Sequence record: MH645904.1
Strand: one strand, 5' to 3'
DNA length: 40,000 nucleotides
DNA from: Vibrio phage vB_VpS_PG07
Below are positions 27,679 to 35,071 of this stretch, piece by piece. Below the pieces are notes generated by a model. It was not told where the DNA came from, did no database searches, and worked only from the letters and a program-made list of their open reading frames with translations. A program made the translations under genes and the position numbers. The stretch's first letter is position 1. The number at the start of each line of letters is the position of its first letter.

Positions 27679-27765
27679 TGGAACAGGGTGGAGGAATCGA
27701 ACCCCTCAGCTCCTTCCCACTTTTATACGCTATCTCCTTAGAAGGGAGATGTGGGGACACCCCGC
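27679..27765 (-). tRNA. non-canonical tRNA-Arg(TCT)-like RNA without D-arm, extended variable region, 3' CCA
   Basis: minus strand GCGGGGT|GTCCCCACA|TCTCC-CTTCTAA-GGAGA|TAGCGTATAAAAGTGGGAAGGAGCTG|AGGGG-TTCGATT-CCTCC|ACCCTGT|T|CCA. Confidence 0.5.
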
Positions 27766-27772
27766 GTAGGTG

Positions 27773-27967
27773 TTACTTTACAGGAGTGAAGCGCAGAACG
27801 CCAAAAGTAACTGCAAAGTCTTTTACAACTTGATTCTTGTTGACGCCTTCTAGCATCTCACCAACTTCCAGTACTCGAACGACTGCACAGCCGTTCTTAA
27901 CTGGGGAAAGTAGTTCGATTTTAGCGCCGAACTTTTCGCTTAGTACCGTACCCTTAAATAGAGGCAT
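27773..27967 (-). CDS. hypothetical protein
   Basis: ORF 64 aa with RBS-like upstream. Confidence 0.6.
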   Translation of the reverse strand: MPLFKGTVLSEKFGAKIELLSPVKNGCAVVRVLEVGEMLEGVNKNQVVKDFAVTFGVLRFTPVK

Positions 27968-27968
27968 T

Positions 27969-28184
27969 CTAATCTCCTTGCTCTAGTAGATTTTGTATGG
28001 CTAAGTAATTCTTTAGGTCTACCTTTAGCCTTTTGAGGTAGACGGGATTTTTTGTAACTAGAAGAAGTCGTCTGGTCTCTATAATTAGAAGCCGTATTGA
28101 CATCTTATTGATTACAAAGGGGCTTACTGAGAATTTATTCTTTCTCCAGCATATCTTGGAAGTTCTTTGCGGCTTTAGCTGCAC
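27969..28184 (-). CDS. hypothetical basic protein (exact start uncertain)
   Basis: ORF 71 aa, overlapping downstream end of 28135..28389. Confidence 0.45.
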   Translation of the reverse strand: MQLKPQRTSKICWRKNKFSVSPFVINKMSIRLLIIETRRLLLVTKNPVYLKRLKVDLKNYLAIQNLLEQGD

Positions 28185-28389
28185 GAGCGGCTTCTTTCTC
28201 TGCTGCTACTCGGCGGGCATTCGCCTCTACTTCTTTACGGGTGTATTCTTTAGCAATCTCATTTTGCTCCTGAACCACGCGCGTGAACTTGCCAGTAAAC
28301 TGCTCAGCTAGGCTGTCAGATGTTTGAAGAGGTACGAAAGCTCGGTAGATTTTTCGTACTAGAGGGAATTTAATCAATAGTTTAAACAT
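28135..28389 (-). CDS. hypothetical coiled-coil protein
   Basis: ORF 84 aa, Ala/Lys/Glu-rich C-terminus. Confidence 0.65.
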   Translation of the reverse strand: MFKLLIKFPLVRKIYRAFVPLQTSDSLAEQFTGKFTRVVQEQNEIAKEYTRKEVEANARRVAAEKEAARAAKAAKNFQDMLEKE

Positions 28390-28421
28390 ATCAATCCTTA
28401 TAAAATAATATAGTTAGTCGG

Positions 28422-28450
28422 TTACATGTGAAAACCCTCTAGTACTTCGG
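28422..28450 (-). terminator. rho-independent terminator
   Basis: minus strand AAAACCCTCCGAAGTACTAGAGGGTTTT. Confidence 0.75.
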
Positions 28451-28468
28451 AGGGTTTTAATATGTGCC

Positions 28469-28723
28469 CTAGTCGATAGGGCCACCACCGTAGAAATGGG
28501 CTATTGTTTTACCTGCTGAGTTCTCTACATAAACCCTAGTACCTTGGGTTAGTGGCCAGTAGTATTTACCCCCGTTGACATCTTCGCACTCAAAAACATG
28601 ATGTACAAATTGGTCATCCTGAGTGTACTCCGGCTTAGTAGCGTAGTAAACTGCGGATACTCCTGCTGACTCAGACATAGACTTATCTTTCTCAGAAGGC
28701 AGAAATAGTTTTATTGAAAACAT
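28469..28723 (-). CDS. hypothetical protein
   Basis: ORF 84 aa. Confidence 0.65.
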   Translation of the reverse strand: MFSIKLFLPSEKDKSMSESAGVSAVYYATKPEYTQDDQFVHHVFECEDVNGGKYYWPLTQGTRVYVENSAGKTIAHFYGGGPID

Positions 28724-28929
28724 ATTAATCCTATATAAATTAACTTGATTAGTTCTTTGGTTAGTTAGTTAGTTGGTTGTGGTGGAACCCATTGTCGACT
28801 ACAGGAATTTACCACCATAGACTCGGACGCCTAGAAATCGATTTACGTGGAGTCACTTCACGCCGTTTTGCCTTATCTAGTCGACGATGTTCTGTCGAGT
28901 AGCGTTCAGAAGCCGGTACTGCGATAATT

Positions 28930-29006
28930 TGGGGTGGCGTACGGGGTTCTAACCCGCATTTTCCGGAATCACAACCCGGAGCCCTTTACACATCAGCCAA
29001 CGCCAC
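28930..29006 (-). tRNA. tRNA-His(GTG)
   Basis: 7-bp acceptor GTGGCGT/ACGCCAC, loop TTGTGAT, T-loop TTAGAAC, C discriminator, CCA encoded. Confidence 0.85.
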
Positions 29007-29182
29007 ATTTAAACACTCTACACAGTCAGCTCTTAGGGATAGCTACTTCCCATGGCATCGCTCCAGCCGCTATTATAGGAGCCTTCAATCCACCGCCGTT
29101 GAGACCCTGTAGTGGATACCGGATTTCCGTATTCTAAGGGTGTCTCACGTCCTTAGCGTTCAAGAGTACTTAAATGTGGCTC

Positions 29183-29341
29183 CTAAAAGATTAGGAGAGC
29201 CATAATAAATATAAGGGATGCTCCAACTAGGAAGCCTGCGAAGAAGTTATCGTGCTTAGAGAACCAGCCCTCATTTTCTTCTCGTTTAGGTACGTGTACC
29301 CATACACCGATACCTTTATCTTCACCACGATTCTTACTCAT
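29183..29341 (-). CDS. small membrane protein, paralog A (52 aa), absent from ORF track
   Basis: MSKNRGEDKGIGVWVHVPKREENEGWFSKHDNFFAGFLVGASLIFIMALLIF. Confidence 0.65.
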   Translation of the reverse strand: MSKNRGEDKGIGVWVHVPKREENEGWFSKHDNFFAGFLVGASLIFIMALLIF

Positions 29342-29751
29342 AGAGTTTCTACCTCAATATCTACTGGAGTGTACAAGACTTTACACGACTCACATACTCG
29401 TGTACAATCACTTTCGTAGGAGCTACCTACTAAATCGTAGGATAGGTCGTGTAGCCATTCAAGAAGTTCGTCTTCTGGAACGTGTTCTGGAATACCATAG
29501 GTTTTAAAATACTCTGCTACTCTGTTAGCACTGTCGCTACTAGATAGGTTAGTATTACCTACTCCGTAGTCACTAGAGCTAGAGTATCGAGAGCATAGTA
29601 AGTTCTCACAGATATGCTTTAAAATAATAGCCCAATCCCTATCCTCTACGTGATAAGTTTTGGTATTATAGAAGTCGGCATCGTTCTCCCAAGACAATAT
29701 TTTAAGGGTATAGCCGGCTTTTAAAATAATCTCTTTCATTGTACTATCCAA
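29338..29751 (-). CDS. hypothetical protein
   Basis: ORF 137 aa. Confidence 0.7.
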   Translation of the reverse strand: MDSTMKEIILKAGYTLKILSWENDADFYNTKTYHVEDRDWAIILKHICENLLCSRYSSSSDYGVGNTNLSSSDSANRVAEYFKTYGIPEHVPEDELLEWLHDLSYDLVGSSYESDCTRVCESCKVLYTPVDIEVETL

Positions 29752-29761
29752 AGAGTGGTTT

Positions 29762-29911
29762 CTAAAATAGGGTTAGTATATACATTACTGAGGCACCTAA
29801 GATAGCACCCTTTATAAAACTACCGTGCTTGGAGAACCAGTCTTCTTCCTCTTTTACGGGCTTACACACCCATACCCCTAGACCGTTCTTTTCTGCTCTA
29901 TTTTTTGGCAT
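29762..29911 (-). CDS. small membrane protein, paralog B (49 aa), absent from ORF track
   Basis: MPKNRAEKNGLGVWVCKPVKEEEDWFSKHGSFIKGAILGASVMYILTLF. Confidence 0.65.
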   Translation of the reverse strand: MPKNRAEKNGLGVWVCKPVKEEEDWFSKHGSFIKGAILGASVMYILTLF

Positions 29912-29925
29912 TTTCTCACCTTATT

Positions 29926-30001
29926 TGGAGGGCAATGTGGGACTCCCACCCACTAAGACGGAGTTTGCAATCCCGCGCTTCGAGTCTTCAGCGTATCGCC
30001 C
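29926..30001 (-). tRNA. tRNA-Cys(GCA)-like, atypical D- and T-loops
   Basis: acceptor GGGCGAT/ATTGCCC, loop TTGCAAA, T-arm GTGGG-TGGGAGT-CCCAC (no TTCG), CCA encoded. Confidence 0.6.
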
Positions 30002-30009
30002 ATTATTTG

Positions 30010-30243
30010 TTATTCCTCGAAGAATGCCCCGAGGTCGAAATGCTTTTCTAATGCGGTTACTTCTTCTTTAGTGAAGATACGAAGACCCATACTGTCCTTG
30101 ATAGCCTGCTCTCCTTGGGAGAGCAAGGACTCTGCTCCGTGATGTGCTACCATATCTTTGGAAGCCAACATAAATAGAGAGGCTACCTTACCAAGAGTCA
30201 GAATCTTCTCTAGGGTTTCAGTATCAATTACTGTTTTTGACAT
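30010..30243 (-). CDS. hypothetical protein
   Basis: ORF 77 aa. Confidence 0.65.
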   Translation of the reverse strand: MSKTVIDTETLEKILTLGKVASLFMLASKDMVAHHGAESLLSQGEQAIKDSMGLRIFTKEEVTALEKHFDLGAFFEE

Positions 30244-30273
30244 GTCTGATTCCTTTTCTTAATTTATACAGAT

Positions 30274-30302
30274 ATTATACGGAAATTTAGGCTATTAAGC
30301 TA
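30274..30302 (-). promoter_or_regulatory. promoter-like element with conserved TATAAT core, weak -35
   Basis: minus strand TAGCTT-N17-TATAATATCTGTATAAATT. Confidence 0.5.
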
Positions 30303-30319
30303 TTAAAGATTTTAATAAT

Positions 30320-30508
30320 TTACTGCATAGCTGCTATACTAGTGACAACGAACATAAATACTATGCCCATGATTACACCTACTACTGTACCTACAGTAAA
30401 GGCCATAGATACTGCTTGTTCCCTAGTTGGCCCTCTACTCCGTAAGCCTGGTGGCCTAGGTGGCTTAGGTACTTGACGCGTTTTTCCTTCTGTTAGGGGC
30501 ATACACAC
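30320..30508 (-). CDS. small membrane protein
   Basis: ORF 62 aa with C-terminal TM segment. Confidence 0.6.
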   Translation of the reverse strand: MCMPLTEGKTRQVPKPPRPPGLRSRGPTREQAVSMAFTVGTVVGVIMGIVFMFVVTSIAAMQ

Positions 30509-30510
30509 TC

Positions 30511-30765
30511 CTATCGCAATAATTGTTTAGATAGAGCTAAGATAGTATCGACGGCTAGGCCGTCGTACTCATCTACTAAGTCAGGGTCAGAGGCACAATC
30601 ATTGCCTTGAGAGTCACATAATCCCGCCCTGTCTACGTGGTCTTCAGAAACCCAGCAAGAGCAGTGAACACACTCAACTACAGGTTCCAGGTCTGTGCTA
30701 CCACATTGGTCACACTCCTCTAATAGAACGTCTAAAAGTTCGTGGCAGTTTTTACACCCTTGCAT
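30511..30765 (-). CDS. zinc-finger-like hypothetical protein
   Basis: multiple CxxC pairs (CKNCHE, CDQCGS, CVHCSC). Confidence 0.7.
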   Translation of the reverse strand: MQGCKNCHELLDVLLEECDQCGSTDLEPVVECVHCSCWVSEDHVDRAGLCDSQGNDCASDPDLVDEYDGLAVDTILALSKQLLR

Positions 30766-30768
30766 AGC

Positions 30769-31041
30769 CTACTCCCCTATAGTCAAATCTACTAACTTAG
30801 CGTATGTTTTCTGGTCTTCTTCGTCGGCATACTCTACTTCGTAACCTGCTAGGGAAATTACAGTAGATAAGTCTTCTTTATGTACAGGGACTACGCCTTC
30901 GCTGGCTTGCTTTGCCGCTTCTACTTCTGTCAGAATGCCTTGCAATACTTCTTCAGAATCGTCACGGTAGTTAGCCAACTGGTTTAGCTGCTCCATTACC
31001 TTAGTGTACAGTTCTTTGCTTAGGATTACGTGGTTACTCAT
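30769..31041 (-). CDS. hypothetical protein
   Basis: ORF 90 aa. Confidence 0.65.
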   Translation of the reverse strand: MSNHVILSKELYTKVMEQLNQLANYRDDSEEVLQGILTEVEAAKQASEGVVPVHKEDLSTVISLAGYEVEYADEEDQKTYAKLVDLTIGE

Positions 31042-31072
31042 CTTTTATCCCTTCTTTTCAGTTTATACAAGT

Positions 31073-31101
31073 ATTATACGGAAAAATCGGACAAAAGGCT
31101 A
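31073..31101 (-). promoter_or_regulatory. promoter-like element with conserved TATAAT core
   Basis: minus strand TAGCCT-N17-TATAATACTTGTATAAACTG. Confidence 0.55.
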
Positions 31102-31108
31102 ATAAAGA

Positions 31109-31402
31109 TTAAATGTATTTACGGTTCCAGCGTAAATCAACGCATTCTTGTAGGGCTTTTCGAGCCTCTTGCAGCTCAGAAATTAAAGTATCCAACTTTT
31201 CTAGGCGCTTCCTAGCCTCTGAAGGGCTTTCTGCGCAGAAGTCTAGGGTTACTACCTTGTAACAGTCTGTGATGCGAATCTCGCTTTGAACGTCAGAGCC
31301 CCAATCACCCCTTTCCTTAACATACCAGGATACACTACCAAATTCCTCGTGGGAATCTGATAGGAAGGTTTTATTACGTTTCTTAAATTGTGACATAATC
31401 AC
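31109..31402 (-). CDS. hypothetical protein
   Basis: ORF 97 aa. Confidence 0.65.
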   Translation of the reverse strand: MIMSQFKKRNKTFLSDSHEEFGSVSWYVKERGDWGSDVQSEIRITDCYKVVTLDFCAESPSEARKRLEKLDTLISELQEARKALQECVDLRWNRKYI

Positions 31403-31406
31403 CTCG

Positions 31407-31433
31407 GATATAAAAATAGGGCGAGAACTTTCG
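31407..31433 (-). terminator. rho-independent terminator
   Basis: minus strand GGGCGCGAAC-GAAA-GTTCTCGCCC then TATTTTTA. Confidence 0.75.
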
Positions 31434-31449
31434 TTCGCGCCCTTGGGGG

Positions 31450-31611
31450 TTATTTGACAAGTACCAAGACTGCTCCGTTCGTGTGGATGTTTAGAGTCTG
31501 TCTTAGCATTTCTTTAACTCTAGTAGGGTTTTGTATAAGACTCCAGTTTTGGCTGAAGGTTCCATAGGCTACCCTGCGTAAGTAGCCTTGAGTGTCTTTG
31601 CAGTAAATCAT
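31450..31611 (-). CDS. small protein (53 aa), absent from ORF track
   Basis: MIYCKDTQGYLRRVAYGTFSQNWSLIQNPTRVKEMLRQTLNIHTNGAVLVLVK with upstream GGAGG. Confidence 0.6.
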   Translation of the reverse strand: MIYCKDTQGYLRRVAYGTFSQNWSLIQNPTRVKEMLRQTLNIHTNGAVLVLVK

Positions 31612-31619
31612 AATCCCTC

Positions 31620-31928
31620 CTAGGATTTACTTCGTTTCAGTGCCCGCTTTGCTCTACGTGCCGCTTTGTCTACTGCAACTGTCTCTGGCTGTTTTTCTGA
31701 CGCTGCCTTACTTACCCTAGACTTTTCAAGCTCTATTCTTTGGGCTTCTTTGTATTTGGCAATAGTATCTAGGTCTGCCGTTTTGGTGCAAGTTTTATTA
31801 CACAGTTCATGGGTGCAATATCGAATATTGGCGTGTTCCACAGGCACAAAGTCAAAGGTTTTAATTGGGGTTCCCCAAGTGCATGTACCGAAAGTCTTAT
31901 GGAACCATCTACGAATTCCTTTAAACAT
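31620..31928 (-). CDS. hypothetical protein
   Basis: ORF 102 aa, basic C-terminus. Confidence 0.65.
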   Translation of the reverse strand: MFKGIRRWFHKTFGTCTWGTPIKTFDFVPVEHANIRYCTHELCNKTCTKTADLDTIAKYKEAQRIELEKSRVSKAASEKQPETVAVDKAARRAKRALKRSKS

Positions 31929-31951
31929 ATTTCACCTCTTGTAAATCAAAT

Positions 31952-32042
31952 TGGCAGAAGAAGTCGGAATCGAACCGAAACCGTGTCACCACAATCGTAA
32001 CGCTTTCCAGGCGTACCCCTTCACCATCAGGGTTCATCTTCT
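31952..32042 (-). tRNA. tRNA-Ser(GGA)
   Basis: loop CTGGAAA, long variable region, T-loop TTCGATT, G73, CCA encoded. Confidence 0.8.
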
Positions 32043-32208
32043 ATTTAAGTGTAATTTTAAGTGTCTTGACCTCAAAACCTGCTGGGCGATAGTCTTTATG
32101 AAGTAGCCACATCGCCTCTTGTAGGTGTCTAGTGGTCGTTAAAGTGTTAACGCTTCTTTGAAGTCTAGCAAGGTAGTGACCCTGCTTATTAACTAATACA
32201 TAATACAT
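32041..32208 (-). CDS. small protein (55 aa), absent from ORF track
   Basis: MYYVLVNKQGHYLARLQRSVNTLTTTRHLQEAMWLLHKDYRPAGFEVKTLKITLK. Confidence 0.55.
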   Translation of the reverse strand: MYYVLVNKQGHYLARLQRSVNTLTTTRHLQEAMWLLHKDYRPAGFEVKTLKITLK

Positions 32209-32223
32209 TACTGGCTCCTAATC

Positions 32224-32311
32224 TGGAGGAAGACAGCAGAATCGAACTGCACCCGTTTCCAAGCAATCTCCTTAGCAGGGAGTCCCACACACCAGTTATG
32301 GATTATCTTCC
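32224..32311 (-). tRNA. tRNA-Ser(GCT)
   Basis: acceptor GGAAGAT/GTCTTCC, loop CTGCTAA, long variable region, CCA encoded. Confidence 0.82.
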
Positions 32312-32320
32312 GTTTTATTT

Positions 32321-32445
32321 TTTGAGCACTCTATCCTCGCAGACTTGGGTTCAGTGTAAACCTAGCCTTTGGTTTCCTCAGGTCACTACTCCAACAGAGC
32401 TAGTATCTCAACCAAGAGAGGGACTAGCTGTACAGAGTGCTCAAA
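32321..32445 (-). ncRNA. candidate structured RNA closed by a 12-bp inverted repeat
   Basis: TTTGAGCACTCT ... AGAGTGCTCAAA with nested AGCTAGT/ACTAGCT. Confidence 0.5.
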
Positions 32446-32456
32446 GAATAATTTGT

Positions 32457-32527
32457 TGGCTTGCTGAGGACTTTAACCCCTCCGACCGTGCAAGCGCTTT
32501 CAGTTAAACGGTCTTTCAGCAGAAGCC
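32457..32527 (-). ncRNA. tRNA-like RNA ending in GCCA, isotype unassignable
   Basis: minus strand GGCTTCTGCTGAAAGACCG...CGGTCGGAGGGGTTAAAGTCCTCAGCAAGCCA; three nested stems. Confidence 0.4.
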
Positions 32528-32560
32528 CTACGGTTTGGCGGTACTCCTGTTGTTCTGAAA

Positions 32561-32878
32561 CTAATGTACTTTCTTAAAGAAAGCCGCTACTTTCTTTATG
32601 TGGTGGTATATAGCAGCCATTGAACTACCTGGGTCTCTAAGTGCTTTTATTAGAGACTTTTCTTGCTCGGTAACTTCCATAGTAACCTTGGCAACGTAAT
32701 TAGGGAAGCAGTGCTTACACGTACCACGCATACATGCAGAATCGTAATGGTCGTCAACTATGTGCTCGTACTTAGAACAATGCTCATAATGCTTGTGTAG
32801 TGTAGTCTGTGGCTTACCACACTCGTCACACTTAGGTTGACGGTCGAGCCATTCTTGAAATGCTGGGTCTTTATTCAT
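32561..32878 (-). CDS. hypothetical zinc-binding protein
   Basis: CDECGKPQTTLHKHYEHC...CMRGTCKHC. Confidence 0.65.
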   Translation of the reverse strand: MNKDPAFQEWLDRQPKCDECGKPQTTLHKHYEHCSKYEHIVDDHYDSACMRGTCKHCFPNYVAKVTMEVTEQEKSLIKALRDPGSSMAAIYHHIKKVAAFFKKVH

Positions 32879-33053
32879 CTTTCTTCCACTTCCACTTGCC
32901 GTTGTTCATGTTAATAGCGTTCTCTGGTTCTACGTAGTATCTACCACAGCCATCACAGACAATCACATCTACCACGATACCTGTTGAGGTTACATAGTTC
33001 TTTAAGTGACAGAAGTGCGTCTCCCCGCAGTTACATTGTACAAACTTAGACAT
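32871..33053 (-). CDS. small zinc-ribbon protein
   Basis: CNCGETHFCHL...VCDGCGRYYV. Confidence 0.65.
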   Translation of the reverse strand: MSKFVQCNCGETHFCHLKNYVTSTGIVVDVIVCDGCGRYYVEPENAINMNNGKWKWKKDE

Positions 33054-33068
33054 TACGTTCTCCTAAAT

Positions 33069-33130
33069 TGCAGCCCCACGTACGGAATCGAACCGCCATC
33101 TCCGGAGTATAGACCACTAACTAGTGGGGC
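33069..33130 (-). pseudogene. tRNA-like remnant apparently lacking an anticodon loop
   Basis: minus strand GCCCCAC-TAGTTAGTGGTCTA-TA-CTCCGGAG-ATGGCGGTTCGATTCCGTAC-GTGGGGC; CTCC directly abuts GGAG. Confidence 0.45.
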
Positions 33131-33136
33131 ATAATA

Positions 33137-33212
33137 TGGTGCAGCGAGATGGATTCGAACCATCGACACCAAGGGCTTCAACCGAGTGCTCTACCGCTGG
33201 AGCTATCGCTGC
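33137..33212 (-). tRNA. tRNA-Phe(GAA)
   Basis: acceptor GCAGCGA/TCGCTGC, D-arm GCTC/GAGC, loop TTGAAGC, TTCGAAT, CCA encoded; two mismatches in anticodon stem. Confidence 0.8.
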
Positions 33213-33218
33213 GTGATT

Positions 33219-33296
33219 TGGTATCCCTAGGCGGATTCGAACCGCTCCTTCCTCCGGTTATGAGCCGAGCGCTTTGACCTATTAAGCTATAGGGAT
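33219..33296 (-). tRNA. tRNA with CAT anticodon (Met or Ile2)
   Basis: acceptor ATCCCTA/TAGGGAT, loop CTCATAA, TTCGAAT, CCA encoded. Confidence 0.85.
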
Positions 33297-33306
33297 TTTA
33301 ATTTAT

Positions 33307-33825
33307 TTATCTCTTGCCGTTCTTATAGGCGTCTAACAGGTTTTCCGAGTAAGTACCTACTGCCAGATTGTTTAAATTGTTATTTAGTTTATTATCATCT
33401 AGGTGCCTACATAGTAGCCCTTTATCCAGATAATCGGGATCTAGGTAAGTTAACGCTAACAGACAGTGAACTGGGATAGGTGCTCTCTTCCCTAATATAG
33501 TAGCAGCTACTGTTAAATAACCCTCTTTATTAATGTAAGGCTCTAACAACTTTCCGCCCTGAAATGCGGTAGAAAGGGAGAGCACTTGACCAGACTTATT
33601 AATGTATAGTCCTTCTGTGCCTGGAACGAGGTCCCAGTCCTCTAAATTAATCGGGTTAGCTAGGCCTTTTAACTGGCTAATACTCTTTTTATGCCACTTA
33701 CCACAGTCTGATTTTATCTTTACTCTTCCATCCTTACCAACTACCAGCTCCTTACCTGAGTGTAAATTAGTTACTGTAAGGGTACTGTGGTTAAACTTAT
33801 ACTTAGAGTACCCAGGTATATCCAT
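33307..33825 (-). CDS. HNH-type homing endonuclease-like protein
   Basis: GYLTVAATILGKRAPIPVHCLLALTYLDPD...LCRHLDDNKLNNNLNNLAVGTYSENLLDAYKNG. Confidence 0.8.
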   Translation of the reverse strand: MDIPGYSKYKFNHSTLTVTNLHSGKELVVGKDGRVKIKSDCGKWHKKSISQLKGLANPINLEDWDLVPGTEGLYINKSGQVLSLSTAFQGGKLLEPYINKEGYLTVAATILGKRAPIPVHCLLALTYLDPDYLDKGLLCRHLDDNKLNNNLNNLAVGTYSENLLDAYKNGKR

Positions 33826-34169
33826 AATTATTTCCTACTGATGTGTATTGTATTAGTTAACGCTCTAGTGTACATGTTGCCTACTATCGCTAGAGCAACC
33901 TACTTACTAAAACGCTAACGAATACATCTGTATTCGGGGATTACCCTACCGCCTTCCTAATCAGTATCGGTGGACTGGGTTGTGGTTACAACCATAAAAT
34001 AAGGGACTCTAGTTCTGTATACCCGACCTCTTAATTAGGATTATTTGCGGTCATAACTACTACATGGTAGCTTGGTTTGGTCACATGCAAATGCAGCGGT
34101 GAGTTCATCTGTCGTTAGAGGGCTCCGGTGAGCCATAGCACTTTCTCAATACAGTAAAAGAATCAAAAT

Positions 34170-34242
34170 TGGCATAGGAGCTAGGAATCGAACCTAGCAG
34201 GTACGGGTTTGGAATCCGACCGACGCCCAGCGTCCCTCCCAC
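34170..34242 (-). tRNA. tRNA-Trp(CCA)
   Basis: acceptor GTGGGAG/CTCCTAT, loop TTCCAAA, TTCGATT, G73, CCA encoded; compact D-arm. Confidence 0.7.
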
Positions 34243-34248
34243 ATTGTT

Positions 34249-34323
34249 TGGTGCCCTCATCCGGAATCGAACCGAATTCACTGGGTTACAAATCCAGTGC
34301 ATCGCCAGCAATGCTTTGAAGGC
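34249..34323 (-). tRNA. tRNA-Thr(TGT)
   Basis: acceptor GCCTTCA/TGAGGGC, loop TTTGTAA, TTCGATT, CCA encoded. Confidence 0.82.
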
Positions 34324-34334
34324 TTTAAATTATT

Positions 34335-34526
34335 TTAAAGTAGTAGTAGCTTGATTTTCTCAAGACGCTGCTCTTCTTCATACCAATCTATGTAGTCTAG
34401 GCTTCCTATTACATATGCTAAGGCTTCATTAAACATACCTTTACTGATTAGGCTGCCTAGTCTTTCTCTAGCGTGGTCATTCTTTAAATAAGCTACTTTC
34501 TTCTCTAACTCTGCTAGCTTAGTCAT
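34335..34526 (-). CDS. hypothetical protein
   Basis: ORF 63 aa. Confidence 0.6.
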   Translation of the reverse strand: MTKLAELEKKVAYLKNDHARERLGSLISKGMFNEALAYVIGSLDYIDWYEEEQRLEKIKLLLL

Positions 34527-34810
34527 TACTCTTTTCCTTTGTCAGGGTCAGATAGGATACCAGCACAAATTAGGATTTCGTAAAGCAGAGCATCCGCTTT
34601 AGAAGTATCACCCAGCATAGCTCGCATGGTTAGAGCACCGATAGCTTCATCTACGTACTCGACGTTTACAAAACGACGAGTGTTGTGTCCTAGAACATCT
34701 ACCGCTGCGGTGTCAGGGTTTTCGCCATCAAAGTGAACAACAGCTCCGTTGTATCGCATTTCACTAACAATCTTACCAACACGCTCTAGTTTTTCATCGT
34801 TAAAATCCAT
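34526..34810 (-). CDS. hypothetical protein
   Basis: ORF 94 aa. Confidence 0.65.
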   Translation of the reverse strand: MDFNDEKLERVGKIVSEMRYNGAVVHFDGENPDTAAVDVLGHNTRRFVNVEYVDEAIGALTMRAMLGDTSKADALLYEILICAGILSDPDKGKE

Positions 34811-34841
34811 CGTTCTTGCCCTTTCTTCATTCTATAAATAT

Positions 34842-34870
34842 ATTATACAGAAATTTGGGCTGTTTAGCTA
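34842..34870 (-). promoter_or_regulatory. promoter-like element with conserved TATAAT core
   Basis: minus strand TAGCTA-N17-TATAATATATTTATAG. Confidence 0.55.
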
Positions 34871-34882
34871 TTGAAGATTTTA

Positions 34883-34972
34883 ATAAATTATTCCACACTT
34901 CGGAGTCTCACCGCAGCTGACCGGCATCAGGTCGAATACGCGTCCTCAGGGCATGGTTCCTGAACGCTCTTG
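34883..34972 (-). ncRNA. candidate small structured RNA downstream of tRNA-Ser
   Basis: minus strand GCGTTCAGG-AACCATGC-CCTGAGGACGC and GACC-TGATGCC-GGTC hairpins, no ORF. Confidence 0.35.
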
Positions 34973-34974
34973 TT

Positions 34975-35071
34975 TGGCGGAAGAAGTGGGATTCGAACCC
35001 ACACGCCCGTTAAGTGACTGACGGTTTTCAAGACCGTTGCCGGTACCCAGAATCTTTCGGCTTACTCTTCC
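34975..35071 (-). tRNA. tRNA-Ser(TGA)
   Basis: acceptor GGAAGAG/TTCTTCC, stem ACGGT-CTTGAAA-ACCGT, long variable region, G73, CCA encoded. Confidence 0.85.

Noticed and set aside
34105-34311. 68-aa minus-strand ORF
   Set aside because: Reads through tRNA-Trp and most of tRNA-Thr.
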